Shown: piece by piece, positions 11,991-25,275 of the stretch
Position numbering within the stretch: position 1 is the first letter of the stretch
How the letters are laid out: each line of letters starts with the position of its first letter
Assembly (NCBI RefSeq): GCF_018977255.1
Contig: NW_024704742.1
Span: forward strand, 6,760,001-6,824,000
Length of the DNA stretch: 64,000 bases
Direction of reading: 5' to 3'
Source of the DNA: Callorhinchus milii
Taxonomy: Eukaryota
Translations under genes and position numbers: made by a program
Notes under the pieces: model-generated
Databases searched by the model: none
What the model was told of the DNA's origin: nothing
Seen by the model: the letters and a program-made list of their open reading frames with translations, nothing else

Positions 11991-14014
11991 AAGAACAAAA
12001 ACTAGAACTTATATAGTGTCACTCGTGTGAAATACGGTCACAAAGTGCTGAAGAACGAAAGCAGTGGACACTGACCAAGAAATGGGAGGAATTTAGAAAT
12101 GAGTATCAAAGCAGAAATGTATTCATCTAATGAGGAGTACTTTAAGAGCAAGACATTACAATAAGCAACATAGTGTAACCGCAGACGAGATACCACAGCC
12201 AGTCCGAGCCAGACAAAGAGATAATGAGCTCACCACAGCGGCAGACTTGGTTTATGAATGAGTTGTCTTATTAACATGAGGAAAACCTCCAGCAACCTCG
12301 ATAGGAGACAATAGTTTCACTAGAACTTTAACAGACCTTAAAATATTTGTGCAATTCTGGTCTCCACGATATGAGAAGGGTATAACATAGCATTCGAAAG
12401 GTTATTTACAAATTGTAATATAATTAGATCCAACTCAAGGGTGAGTCAGTAAGCTTCTTTATTTGTCAATCCAAACACTCACTACTCCACCACTCTAAAC
12501 AACACACTTTGCTTTACTACCAGTGTCATTTTGTACTTCCAGCCCTTCTTCTTAATGGCCTTTTTGCTAGTTGTCAATTTACCCTGAAAGGAGTATCCAA
12601 CACAAATCATGGCTTCTTTCGTGATTTTAAGGATCATTGAAACATTTATTAGAGGGGTTCTGCAGCCGGAGGGAAAGCAGTTCACCACGATTTTTCCCCG
12701 CTCAGAAAGGGGCTTTGAACAGAACTGTGCAGAGTCACCTCTGGATCTATTAGAGCATTGTTCAGTGATATAATCATCATTCTGCCATTCACAGAAATAG
12801 CCAAGAGGAATGCTTACCTTGTGCAGATTGCGGAAATTATTTTGTTTTATTTTGGCTATAATTGGAATGAACTAGATCAAAACAGGAATTGAGTACATCA
12901 GAGATGTAACTTTCAGCCACTCTAGTCCTACTCAATGAAACTCCAACCTGGAATCCATTCTACGATCTCCCTCCTTCAACTCAATCAACATCCGTCTCAA
13001 GTCCTATCTCTTTGCTCTTTCTCGCAGTCTCTTGGACCCCAATCCCCCAGATAAAATTGGTCATTCACTTCACAGCTGTTTGTGGGCATTGCTGTGTACA
13101 AAATGGCAATCACGTGCACCTACAAAATACAGTAGCTATATGTTACTGTAAATCTTACAACAGGATCTATATCAACAACAACCACAAGAAATTACTTCTG
13201 TGTAGTGTTTGTCACATCAAGAGGACGTCCCAAAGCGTTGGACAGCAAAGGATTTGGACCTGAGCTGGGGGTTGGGATCAGGAGGGGCGGAGGGCGGGGA
13301 GGGTAAGAGTAGGAGGTTGATCAAAGGCAAGGTCGAAGAGGAGGGTTGAAACAGGCCTTGAAGGATGCAAGGGAGGTGGTGAGGCAAAGGGAAGTGTGGG
13401 ACGTACTGTGGGATTTGATGCATATCAAATGCAAGGATTGGTATTTTTAATGTGAGCAATAGCATACGAGCATTCATATAATGTGAACAATAGTGCCTTA
13501 GCATTCATTCAACTTGAGCAATAGCATACATGTGCATTCCTAATATAATTTATTGTTATATTACATTGTGAATGTTGAATCAACATAACAGCTGGATATC
13601 TGCAAACATTTAAATCCAGTCTTTAGTTTCCTACAGGGACCTTCTGTGCAATTCAAGTGCCTGGTGAGCATACTGTATGGTCGCGATTGCATCAACGACA
13701 CAACATTAACTGTAGAAGGATGGGAAGCATTCTTCTTGTTGAATGGACATATCTTGCATTAATCCTTTAGGTGGATCTGACACAATATCACTCATAGCAG
13801 ATGCATTAGGTCTACTAGTGAGTGAAATAATCCAAGCAAAGTAACCGGAGCCGCCAAGGAGCCAGCAAAAATATTCAGTAGCTTCTCAAACAAACTCCTT
13901 TGTGATGAAAAGCAGATTTAAATATCCTTCTGTGGTTAAAATCAGGTGAGAACACAACTGTGAACACTCTTAAAGTTAGGTTTTGTTACTAGTTAGCTGT
14001 GAGATTTAACCAAG

Positions 14015-14203
14015 AAATAATCATAATAATTTGGTCACGCAATCCACGACTGTTTGTGGGACACTGCTGTGCGCAAATTGGCTGCCACGTTTCGTCCACA
14101 AAATATACAGTCAATTTGCTTTACAGTAAATTCTGTGAAGCACTTTGAGACGTCTCGCAGACGTGATGAAGCGCTGTATTAAATGCAAGGATTATTATTA
14201 TTT
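14015..14203 (+). mobile_element. SINE variant A 3' half
   Basis: Matches family 3' region and tail. Confidence 0.85.
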
Positions 14204-16641
14204 CCAACAATGGGGCCTGGATAAGGATTAGGGTTGGATCAGGAATGCTGAAGCTACTTCCCCTAGATGAACATAAGTATGCCAGGAAGGAAGACTATAA
14301 GTACATACCTAGGATGGTCCTTAGTAAAGAAAATGACATTAAAAAAAAGAGATCTATGGCGATGATAATCTTTGCATTTGATATACAGCGCCTTTCACAT
14401 CAGGAGGACATCTCAAAGCTATTCACAGGATTTTACTGCAAAGTTTATTGACTGTATTTACAGGCCACTGCAGCTGCCACTTTGCACACAGCAATGTCCC
14501 ACAAAGCGAATGTCCAATTTTATTTGGGGGATTATTGGCCAGGACGATGGGAGAAGCTCCCTTCTCTTATTGTATAGTGCCATGAATAGCTGGTTAAACT
14601 CCACCAATATCCCAACACACACTCTGGGGTCCCCAAACCTTGGCTCTTGTCAATTTACCGCTAACTTTAGTTGGAATTAGATAATCATGATGCATTCCTC
14701 CTGGGAGAGAGTGTGCATTTCATATGAGAATTTCCATGTGTAGGTGGCATACATGGAACGCAGTCTGGTTTGGATGCACATACAGGTGGTACTGACAGCA
14801 CCTCCAACAATACCGGGTTCCCACAATGTTACCGGAGTATCAACCTAGACCTTATGAGTTCCAAGCCCTCTTGTGGGGTTAGGACCCAAAACCTTTGCCT
14901 CGGAGGTGAGAGTTCCACAAACCTAGCCAGGCTGACTAGCAGGGCAATAGATGTGATTTAAACTGAAGAAAGACTGGTAAACTGTCAAGCCACTTGAAAC
15001 CAAAATGCTGTGCAATTTTTTTTATACCGTCCAGAATTTAACCAAAGGTAATTCTATCCCTGAACAGGAAATATGCTTTGTGGAAGCTTTTTGCCACCCT
15101 ACCCCACCCCACTCCTTAGTTTTGCGCACTGCATTTCCTGCTCAATGCTGCATTGGGACTGGGAAATTCTCAGCAGATTCACAGCGTGTGCAAAGAAGTG
15201 TTTTCTTAAAATTCAAACCGAAATCCTCAGCACGAACTCAGTTCATTGCGCTGTTAAAGTGGTCCGAGTGGGGGCAGCTGCAACATACCTCTGGACTTAA
15301 TTGTCTGTGACGCGAAAATATAAAGCAATTCATCAACTATAGAGCCAGGAATAGCTCTTGCAACCAGACTGAAATAATCCCAAAAAGACATCAAGAAAAA
15401 TAACTCCCAGAAACGTGATCACGGTTGATCAGATTATGAATCTTCATTAACAGTACATATTTTTGGAAAAACTATTCCCTGCACTATATCCTTCTCCTTT
15501 CTTGGATGTAGCTTTAGTGTAGTTTTAATCATGCGAAGCACCATTGCCTTGCCCCAAACTGTGAGTGGCCAACAATCATTGCTGTTCCTCAGTTTGCCGT
15601 TAGGGAGTATCCTAGAATAAACTGGCTACGCACTCTTCTCCCTCCATTCATAAAAGTTTCTTGCCTTTGCAGTGCATCAATCTCATTAATGTCAGAAACG
15701 AAAAATAATCATTGTATTTGAAATAGCCTTGTCACTTGAAAATAGCTCAAAACACTCCAGAGTTTGTTATAAAGTGCAGTGACTCTATTTCCAGGCCAAC
15801 TGTGCAGTGAATTTTCACCAACAGCCATGGGTTTTTTACCATCCACCTCAATAAGTTGATGAAACCTCAGATTAATGTCCCAACAAGGACAGCACCTCTG
15901 ACAATACAGTGCTCCCCCAACACTGCACTGGTGTGATCAGATTATGAATATTCAATAACCGTACATAACACCAAGATCATGAGTTCCACGTCTGACATTA
16001 GACTTGAACAATCTTCTGACTCAGAGGCCAGAGGTGAGGACAGGACAGAGGGAGGCCTGACAACATGTCAGCCTGAATGAGTTAGTGGAACTCACATGTC
16101 TAAATAAGACGACCAGCCTTTAGTTGCTCTTACATTCACTTAAGAAAAGAATGATGCTGCAACAGCAATACCAGCAGAAGCGCATTACCTATTCATTGCT
16201 CTTACTTACTCACACATTAGCTGGTGTGAGTGTTACAAATTGTGTGAGTGTTAGACTTGAGTGAAAATATGAGGGTAATGCTCCAATTGACACAGAACTC
16301 TTGCTTTTGCACAGGATTTCTACACTTTCGAACATACACCCCATTCGCTGCTGTTTGTGGCAGACTTGCTGCAAGACCAAATTTGCTCAAATTCCACAGC
16401 TCTGAATCATCTTAACGAGATTCATGGATCTGGAGGCATTCGTACCAGATTGCCAGTGCATCTGTGGATTTTTTAAGTTAAAATGCAAACGTTCAAGTGT
16501 GCAAAGCACATTTAGCATTTTTTGGGGGGTCAGCCGGGTGTGTGACACATGTGGAAACGCATCACCATGTTTAAGAGTATCCAAACCAACTGAGTTCCTT
16601 ACAGCTTACTTATACATGGAAATTTCCTATATTTTTTTCTT

Positions 16642-17014
16642 GGAGTCCTGTAGTTTAGTGGTTAGAGCACTCGCCTCACCAGCGAGAGGATCTGGGTTCA
16701 ATTCCCGGCAGAGCAAAACATTGGGTAAGTTTCCTTACTCCACACACCCTGTTCACCTAGCAATAAGTAGGAACCCGGTTGTTAGTCAATTGGTGAATCG
16801 CTTTCCAGGCATGATTATCCCTTCAAAAGAATAATAACAATTTGATCGCTCAATCCATGACTGTTTGTGGGACCCTGCTTGTGCAATTGGCTGCTACATT
16901 TCGCCCACAAAATATACTGTCAATTCACTTTACAGTATATTCTGTGAAGGGCTTTGAGACATCTCGAAGACTTGATGAGGCACTATATCAAATGCGAGGA
17001 TTATTATTATTATT
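16642..17014 (+). mobile_element. SINE variant A, full length, inserted into the unclassified ~600-bp repeat
   Basis: GGAGTCCTGTAG..GTGGTTAGAGCACTCGC..GCGAG..GGTTCAATTCCCGG head through (ATT)n tail. Confidence 0.92.
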
Positions 17015-17439
17015 ACATTCATCAGAGTGGTATGCGCACTCTCTCCCTGAAGAGACACATCTCGCTTTCCTAATTCCGGAGAGTATTAGGTGCAGGTTGG
17101 TACGAGCCAAGGCTTGGGATTACATAGAGTGTGTGTTGGGGTACTGCTGGAGTCTAACCAACTAATTTCCTGCTGTTCGTCCATCTAGGACCAACCTATC
17201 CATTTGGGTTTTGGCTTGCAGGATTAATAGGAGCTGAATGATTCCTTGCCATCTGGTCTAGTGACTGGTCTGCCCTTCCAGGTCATGCCGATGAACCAGG
17301 ATGGATGTGCTGTCATCAGCAAGCACTGATGAGGGCACATTGGATCATCAGTAGGACTCATTCAACAACATGCTAAGAAGGAAGAAGTCTGGTAGGAAGT
17401 GATCTTCTGAATCAGGGCAGTCTGAGATTTAGAGGAGCC

Positions 17440-17830
17440 TTACCAACCCACTGCCACTGAGTCAGAAACTTGTGGGTTCAAGCCCCAAATTGGGATATTG
17501 AGCGCACAGTCTGATACTCCAATAGAGTGGTGGGGGTATTCTGCATTGACAGAGGTACGTCTTTTAGATGAGACATTAATCCAAGTTCTCATCTGCCCTG
17601 TTCAGATGAACATTAAAGATCCCATGCCACCATTCAAAAAGAGAAGGGAGTTTCTCCCGGAGTCCTGGCCAACAATTCCCCAAATAAAATTTGGGGGATT
17701 GCATCCCTTGATGCTTCTTTGTGGGACATTGGCTGCTGCGCTCACCCACAAAATGCACAGTCACTACACTTCACAGCAAATCATGTGAAACATTTTGATG
17801 TGAAAAAAAATGCTACATCAAATGCAAAGA
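17440..17830 (+). mobile_element. Older Deu-domain SINE. Further degraded copies at about 4330-4440, 7580-7915, 9960-10248, 14360-14935(-), 15715-16030(-), 22215-22450(-), 37330-37560(-), 37740-37930, 51975-52200(-), 53810-54080(-), 58150-58430(-), 58660-59030(-)
   Basis: CTGAGTCAGAA..TGTGGGTTCAAGCCCCA head; TAAAGATCCCATG.CAC.ATTC.AAAAGAGAAGGGAGTTTCTCCCGG.GTCCTGGCCAAC core. Confidence 0.72.
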
Positions 17831-20274
17831 TTATCTATTTATTATAAACCAGTTATCGCAAAACTCAGCACTCCAATCAATGCTTACATGGGCCAAAAAG
17901 GGCAATCTTTTCGTTGAACGATGCTGGTATTCTGCAAAGCTGGTCTGAAACGTTATCCTAATCCACCGGATGACGTGCTCAATAGCCAGCAACAGCAGAT
18001 TTTTCACAAGTAGAAGGGGGGAGGTTAGAGAGGGTGACATCGCTCAGAACAGAAATTCTGAAGTTTCTACATCAAACCAAATGTCCTATTTCTTTCATTC
18101 CAATAAGCACAAAAATCACAGATTTAAAAATCTATTTACCATGAGGAGGAAAGACGTCGAAAAATATGGAGAGCCGAAATCTCCTTCAGAAAAAAATATA
18201 GAAAACAAAAAAAAATCCACAGAAAATGATTGCCATAGAGTCCAGTATAATTTTGGCACACTCGTTATTGAAAGCATGTGCTCTCGGCATTGAAACCCTA
18301 CTCTCTTTCATGAACAATATACTGCTAGGGGTATCCTTACTGCCAGAGGAGGAAGAGATTGCAAAAAAGAGAGACACAGACACATTGTGAGAGGAGAGGG
18401 TGAACATTCCTTGCCTCGCAGACTGTTGCCCAAGTTTGAATTGAATTAATTCTAACCTGTTTAATTAGAGCAGTTAAATTAAGCCATTAACTTAAATTAA
18501 GCCATTAACCTTAAAGCATGCACATGCATACATATATATTTATAGTTTAAGATGAGCACGATTCTTGTTCTTTTCCAAGTTGCATATTGTCCCCAGCACT
18601 GGAATTCAGTCCCAACCACAGTCCCTGCTCCCATTGAAGCTGGCACATCTGAAAGAACTCGAAGGTTTTGCAACTTTCTGAAGCATTTGCTGTTAATTTT
18701 GTTGCTGACAGAAACACACACACACACATTCACAAGATACACAAGGCGTCGCGGAGGGAAAGAGGAGCAGAATAACACAAATGCTCAGATTGGGTTTCTG
18801 CCAGGGTTCCACGGTGCATGGTACTCTATGAAAGAGGAAGACGCTTAAGTCCAGCTATCTTTAAGCATCAGTCTTTTGGGAAGCATGCAGCAGGAAAGGA
18901 AGCAAGCAGAAACTCAAATAAGGATAATTTCAGCTAAGAACACATGTTTTTTCCTGGAAAATCTTACTCTTTTATGAGGGATTGGCTGTGTTTGCAATTA
19001 ACTCTGTATCAGTGGGGTTGTCTGCTGTGCACAGGATCTCTTTAACCATTTGACTGCTCAGTCGGTACTTTATGTGAGGAAGGAGGACACATTTATTTCG
19101 GAATGAGGCTTTGAATATCTGAGAGAGGCAGGCAGGGAGACAGAGAGACAATACTATATAATGGAGGAGTGAAACATAACATTGTATTCTTGACCCTGAA
19201 GAGTTTAAATTGATATCATGGTCCCTTTTCCCAGTGGAAAATTTACGTGACTTCCACTCCTTAGGTGTCCCATTTGATATCAAGATCTCGCCGTGTCTGG
19301 GAGTGAGGGTAGCAATAAATCTTGCGCCCAGTCATTCTACGGCGTAACCTAGTAAAGAGACACACCTTGAGCAAGGTGTGTGGAACTATGGCCCTTGACA
19401 GAAACTAAACGAGTAACATTGGAAGATGTTTTCCTATTTGTTTTTCAGCCGGGCACATGTTTGAAACTCCCCCAAGAGTACCAACAGCGCTTTGATGCCT
19501 GTTGGGTGAGGTTCCACCATATGTTCCGCTGAGCCTGTGTTGCATTGCCAACACATCAGCCTTACTTTTGTGGCAAAGTTCTTCCAGCTACAAGGAGAAC
19601 TCTGTGCAGAAGCCCCCAATTTTACACTGCTTTGTACAGATGACATTTGAGATCAGTTCCATCGGTCTGCAGAGGGCACTTTAATTTACACCTTAAAAGG
19701 CAGACTTTCACGAGAGAAAAAATAATCACCTCAGGGCACAAAAGCACGAAGGAATCTTGGTCAGAGCGTACAATCCACAGTTAACGCAGCTCTCACATAT
19801 AGGGCTGGAATATTCTTTCCGAGCCAGCAAATGTTTCGCTCAACCATTTTATATGTTTTACTTGGCAATACCAATGACTGCTAGACAAAACTATTTCCCC
19901 CCTGGTAATAATAGGTTGCTGCTAGTGGGGTCAGAGTAGACGAGTAATTGTTGTTTGTCTCCTCGTACCCCATTTCACACCAGGCAGAGGTGATGATCCA
20001 CCTTTGATTGTTCCCTTAACGTTACACATCGTGGCGTTTTTGTAGAACAATAAATCCTATTAGTGCCGGCTCCTGTGCGATGCCACAGAGCATTTAAGTA
20101 ACATTCAATAGCCTGCCTGCCAATTTCGATTCCCTCTTCCTCCCTTTCCCGTCCCCCTCAACCAGTGCCCACCATGTCCCACCCCACTCACCCCTTGGTA
20201 GAATAACCTGCTAACACTCATTGTTCAGAATAACACATGAAAGCCACTCACTTGGGTAAGGTGCCTAGGGCAGT

Positions 20275-20955
20275 ATTATACAGCACAGAAGGAGGCCATT
20301 CGGCCCATCATGGATGTGCCGGCTCTTCAAAAAGAGCTATCCAAATCAATCCCATTCCCCCGCTCTCTCCCCATAGCCCTGCAAACTTGTCCCCCTCAAA
20401 TAATTATCTACTTCTCTCTTAAACGTTGTTATCGAATCAGCTTCCACCAGCCTTTCATGCAATGCGTTCCAGATCCAAACAACTCGCTGTGTGAAAAAAA
20501 TGTCGCCTCACCTCCCCTCTGTTTCTTTCAACAACTATTTCAAGTCGGTGTCCTCGGGTTACCAACTCTCCCACCAGTGGAAATAGTTTCTCCTTGTTCA
20601 CCCTATCGAATCCCCTCATCATTTTAAAAACTTCTATTAAGTCTCTTCTTAACCTTCTCTGCTCCGAGGAGAATAATCCCGGCTTCTCTCGCCTCTCCTC
20701 ATAACTGAAGTCCCTCATTCCTGCTACCATTCTAGTAAATCTCCTTTGCACTCTCTCCAATGCCTCCTAAAATGCATTTCTCTACATTAAACTTCATCTG
20801 CCACATGTCTGCCCATTTTACCAGTCTGTCTATGTCCTCTTGCAGTCTGCTGCTATCCTCTTCACCGCTTAGTACTTTTCCTAGCTTAGTATCATTTGCA
20901 AACTTGAAAATTGTACTCCCTGTACCCAATTCCAGGTCATTTATGTCATTCACAA
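20275..20955 (-). mobile_element. CR1 LINE 3' fragment with internal deletion
   Basis: IFVNDINDL..KFANDTKLG..LQEDIDRLVKWADMWQMKFNVEKC joined directly to ERVQRRFTRMVAGM..RRLRRDLIEVFK, followed by the CR1 3' UTR. Confidence 0.92.
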
Positions 20956-21489
20956 AGATGCAGTTGTGCATCTTTACTCTTGCTTTCGTCTCAGCATTTA
21001 GTACCACAGGAATTTAGAGTGCCAGAAGAAGGCCATTTTGCCTATCGTTTCTGTGCTGGCTCCTTTAAGCACAATTTATTCAGTCCCATTTACTTGCCCT
21101 TTACCCCAGACCCCTGTAGTTTACTCCTTTTTAGGTATTTATCTACTTTCCTTTTAAAGGCAAATATGGATTCTGTCTGAACCACCGCTCATGGCTGGGC
21201 ATTCCATATCCTAACTACTTTGTGTGTGAAAAATAATTCTCCTAAGCTCTCCATTATGTCATTTGTTAACTATCTTAAAGTGGTACCCTCAATTCATCAA
21301 CTCAGCAATCTATCAGAGAAGAAGGGAGTTACGAGGGGGAGAAAACTAAGTCAAGAAAGATTTGGCTCAGGTTAAATTAGGCAAGAGTAAAGTTCTCCCC
21401 CATTCTAAATCAATAACAGAAACTCCAGGTCCTACGGTCAATGTGAAGGGAGGTGAAAGGAGAAAAACGAACCAAAAAGATGATCTAAG

Positions 21490-21745
21490 TAATAATAATC
21501 TTTGCATTTGATATTGCCTTATCACGTTGTTGAGACGTCTCAAAGCGGTTCACAGAATATGCTGCAAAGTGAATTGACGATATATTTTGTGGGCAAAATG
21601 CTGCAGCCAATTGCGTACAGCAGTGTCCCACAAACAGTCGTGGATTGAGTGACCAAATTATTATTACTTTTTTGAAGGGATTATTATTATCCCTGGAAAG
21701 CGATGCACCAATCGACTGACAACCGGGTTCATACTTAGTGCTAGC
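21490..21745 (-). mobile_element. SINE variant A, 5'-truncated
   Basis: Reverse-complement match to body and tail. Confidence 0.85.
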
Positions 21746-23552
21746 TGAGCATTTTGGTGTGTATTTTGTGAGCGAAAGACAAGGGTAGAATTCTTCCCCA
21801 TTCAGTTCATGGAGAGAATAACCCTAAGGCAATAACACGGAACACAGTCAGCCTGCAGTAAACGCATTCTTGATTCAAGTATAAGTTTGAACCAGCATAA
21901 ATACCCAGTGCAATAAAACCACTTCCCTTCTACTTGCATTCTAGAGAATCCCTGATCCAAGCACACTACTTAAATGCAGAAGAACCCCGTTATAACACTC
22001 TTCATTATAATGTGTGTTTGCTTGCAGAGCGATTGGAGTGTGGACTCCAATCCTTTCATGTGCAGCGTGCTGGAAGCAACATCTATGGCAATCCAATTCC
22101 ATGATAGCTGGAGGAGAGCTGGATCTGAAACATATTTCATGCTCCTTGACATCAAACAGGGCCAGGTCAATTACAGCTTCGGAAAGCCTATACAATAATC
22201 CTGGCAGCTGAATATAGCAACTCTTGCGGCAGCAAGGCATCTCAAAGCAATTCATAGAGTTTATGTTAAGTGTAATGGATCTGTATATCGTAGCAAACAC
22301 AGCAGTTAATTTGCACACAGCGATGTCCCACAAACAGCCTTGTTACAGCAACTGATGAATTTGATCTGGGGTTGTTGACCAGGACACCATGATAAACTTC
22401 CTTCTCTTTTCAAGCAGGACTCATCTCACATCCCCCTGAACAAGCAGGCAGCAGGAACTCAGTTTAAGTAAGGAATAATAGGGATTACATTTTGGGCAAC
22501 AAGTTTTTCCCTTGCATCTTGCTCAGAAATATAAGGGTCATATGAGAGGAACTTTAAGGGAGCAATATCCAAATCTTGGACTTTACAACCCATAAGTATA
22601 TAAGAGGAAACAGCTTCTCGAGGGCTGCTTTAAGTTAAATACACTCACTGGCAGGACCTAGACAGGCAGGCCATTTACTTGGGCGCAGGGATTACTCCCA
22701 CTCAGCTCCTGTTAACCTTACAAACCAACAGTCTACTAGGCACAGTGCTCCTAACTGGTCAAACAGCAGGGAGCTTGCTGGTCAACAACAACAAGAAACT
22801 ACATTTGTTTAGCACCTTTCATGTCAAGAGGATGTCCTAAGGTGCTGGACAGTCAGGGATCCACCCCCGAGCTGGTGGTTGTAGGCACAGTCGAAGAGGA
22901 GGGTCTTGAGATAGGTCTTGAAGCAGTCAAGGGAAGGGATGAGGCGGCGGGGAACTGTAGGATGGAATTTCAGAGGGTGGGGGCAGAGAGGCTGAATGCC
23001 CGCCCGCCAATGGTGGGGCAGGCAAGGTGGTGGACGTGATAATCAGTGTGATAGTCAGTGTTCATAATAACAAAGTATGTGGTTTTTAGTGGTTAAACTC
23101 CAGCAATACTCTGGGGCACCCAAGTCTGCACCAAATTCTAACCGTAATTAGATAAGTCGGGTGCGTCCCTCTAGGGAGAGAGTGCACATTCCATTATAGA
23201 CATAGGGAACTTTCCAAGTGTATGTGACATACATATATGTGAAACTTAATCTGGTTTGGATATTCTTAAGAAAGATTTCCACATGACAGACAGACACCAG
23301 GCCGACCGAAAATACTCAACACAGTGCATGTTAATAATAGCAAACTAGTTACAGATTTTAGAACTGAACGGTACCTTTAAACTCTAAGCATGTTACACTC
23401 TTCACAAAGAGTCTCATTGATCAAGCACTGATTATCTGTTGATCTGTACTGATGATGGTGTAGTTGTTAATGTGAATGTTATCGCACGAGTCATACAAAA
23501 TGTTGGCCGCTGTAGGGAAAGCAATGAAAAACGAAACAAATTGATCTTTTTT

Positions 23553-23978
23553 AAATATATGAATTCCACATTATGTATACATCATAAAAACAATTTCCCA
23601 GGAGTGATTTCAAGCTGTATCATACAGTTACGAAAACTGAGTTCATGGAACAATTAAAAACATCTGAGTTTGGTTCTTTGTTGATGATGTAAAGACCCCC
23701 ACCCTCACCAAAGTCAGATAACACTCTCAAATTCACTGCCAGGTATTCACCATTTCATTGTTGCACAAATACTGGCTTTCATTGCTCACAATTCATTTTT
23801 CACACCAATATTTTCACACCAACGGGATTAGGGGCCATTTACATCATAAACAAAGAGCAAAACTCAGATGTGTTTAACTGTTCCGTGAACTCAGTGTTTA
23901 TAACCATATGATACAGCTTGAAGTTACTCCTGGGAAATCGATTTTATAATGTATACGTAATGTGGAATTCATATATTT
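23553..23978. repeat. Long inverted repeat (foldback/MITE-like): arms 23553-23700 and 23831-23978, spacer about 130 bp
   Basis: AAATATATGAATTCCACATTA.GTATAC... versus ...GTATAC.TAATGTGGAATTCATATATTT; the arms align along their whole length. Confidence 0.9.
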
Positions 23979-24505
23979 TTTATATTACACAGGAACGTAC
24001 AGAACCAGAAGAGACTATGACAGTCCATATGGCTGATTCCAAAGGAAACCTCATGCACTACTAATTTTCTTGTATCCCTTAATACAATTTCTTTGCCAAA
24101 CAATCATCTAAATCACCGTAGAATTTGCTGACAAATATAACCACTGCCTCACTGGTAATCAATTTCATATATTAATCTCTCTATGTAATTAGATCTGAAC
24201 TATCTATGCAGGACCTGCACACACACATTTCCTCCAAAGTAAAATGTAGTACTCTGTCAAATATATCATAATAATAATCCTTGCATTTGATATAGTGCCT
24301 AATCATGTTTGGAGACGTCTCAAAGCGCTTCACAGAATATACTGTAAAGTGAATTTATACATTTATAAGTCATCCTGTCATAATCTTTGTTATATTTAAA
24401 ACTGATTGCTGTTAGGAATATTTGCATCTCTTACAGCCTCCTCTTTTCCAGTGTGGATCCTCCCAACATTGCTCCACCGTGTGTCCTGACCAGCCTGACT
24501 AAGGT

Positions 24506-24540
24506 CGTGTGTGTGTGTATGTGTGTGTTTGGGTGTGTGT
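24506..24540. repeat. Interrupted (GT)n microsatellite
   Basis: Seen directly. Confidence 0.8.
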
Positions 24541-24859
24541 AAGCAGGAAAGAGAGCATGTCCCCAATAGTGTGCCCCCAGGGTAGAGGGGGAGAGAAAGT
24601 AGATGGAGGTCATTGGCCTCATCCCTCAACTAATGCCTGGAAGTGGTGGCAGAGGCATCTCAAGACATCTCCTTCTGAAGGTGCCTTGTGGTGTAACCAT
24701 ATTTCCTGCCCTCTTTCCTTCTCACCTCGGAAACGTTTGCAGCTCCACAATGTACTTCCCCATCATCTACCTGCCCCTCTGAAGTGCTGTGCATTTGTAC
24801 TTGGACATTTTGACTGATATAACTTCCAGCCCACGAATACTAGACTTGACAGCAATTGT

Positions 24860-25275
24860 CATAGGAACATAAGAGCATAAGAATTTGCTGACGAAAGAAG
24901 ACCAAGAGACATCTAATTCGCCTTCCACCATCCTGGCAGTTGTTTGATATGTCGTGTCCCAAACTATATACTGTATCCCGAGACAATATTTTCTAGCAGA
25001 AATCTATCTGATTTGTTCTTGACACAGATGACATTTTCTGCTTCCACTGTCTCCCTGGGGAGCGCGTTCCATAAGTTTTACTACCCGCTCACTGAAGTAG
25101 TATTTCTGAAGATTTGTTCTGAATTTACCACCCTCAGTGACAGGCCGTGTCCTCTGGTTCTACTGTCCAGTATAAGGTAAAACAGCTTATCAAGGTCTAC
25201 ATGATCTGATCCCTTCAGAATCTAAAAGATTTCAATCATATCATCCCTCAACTTTCTCTTCTCCAGTGTTAACAT
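24860..25275 (-). mobile_element. CR1 3' fragment. Other CR1 pieces at about 430-580, 3650-3890, 7706-7790(-), 21010-21300(-), 30215-30410, 33530-33750(-), 34420-34580, 37935-38440(-), 44200-44380, 44740-44910, 50960-51190(-), 61660-61830(-), 63770-64000(-)
   Basis: CATAAGAA-type tail repeats and CR1 3' UTR motifs. Confidence 0.7.
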
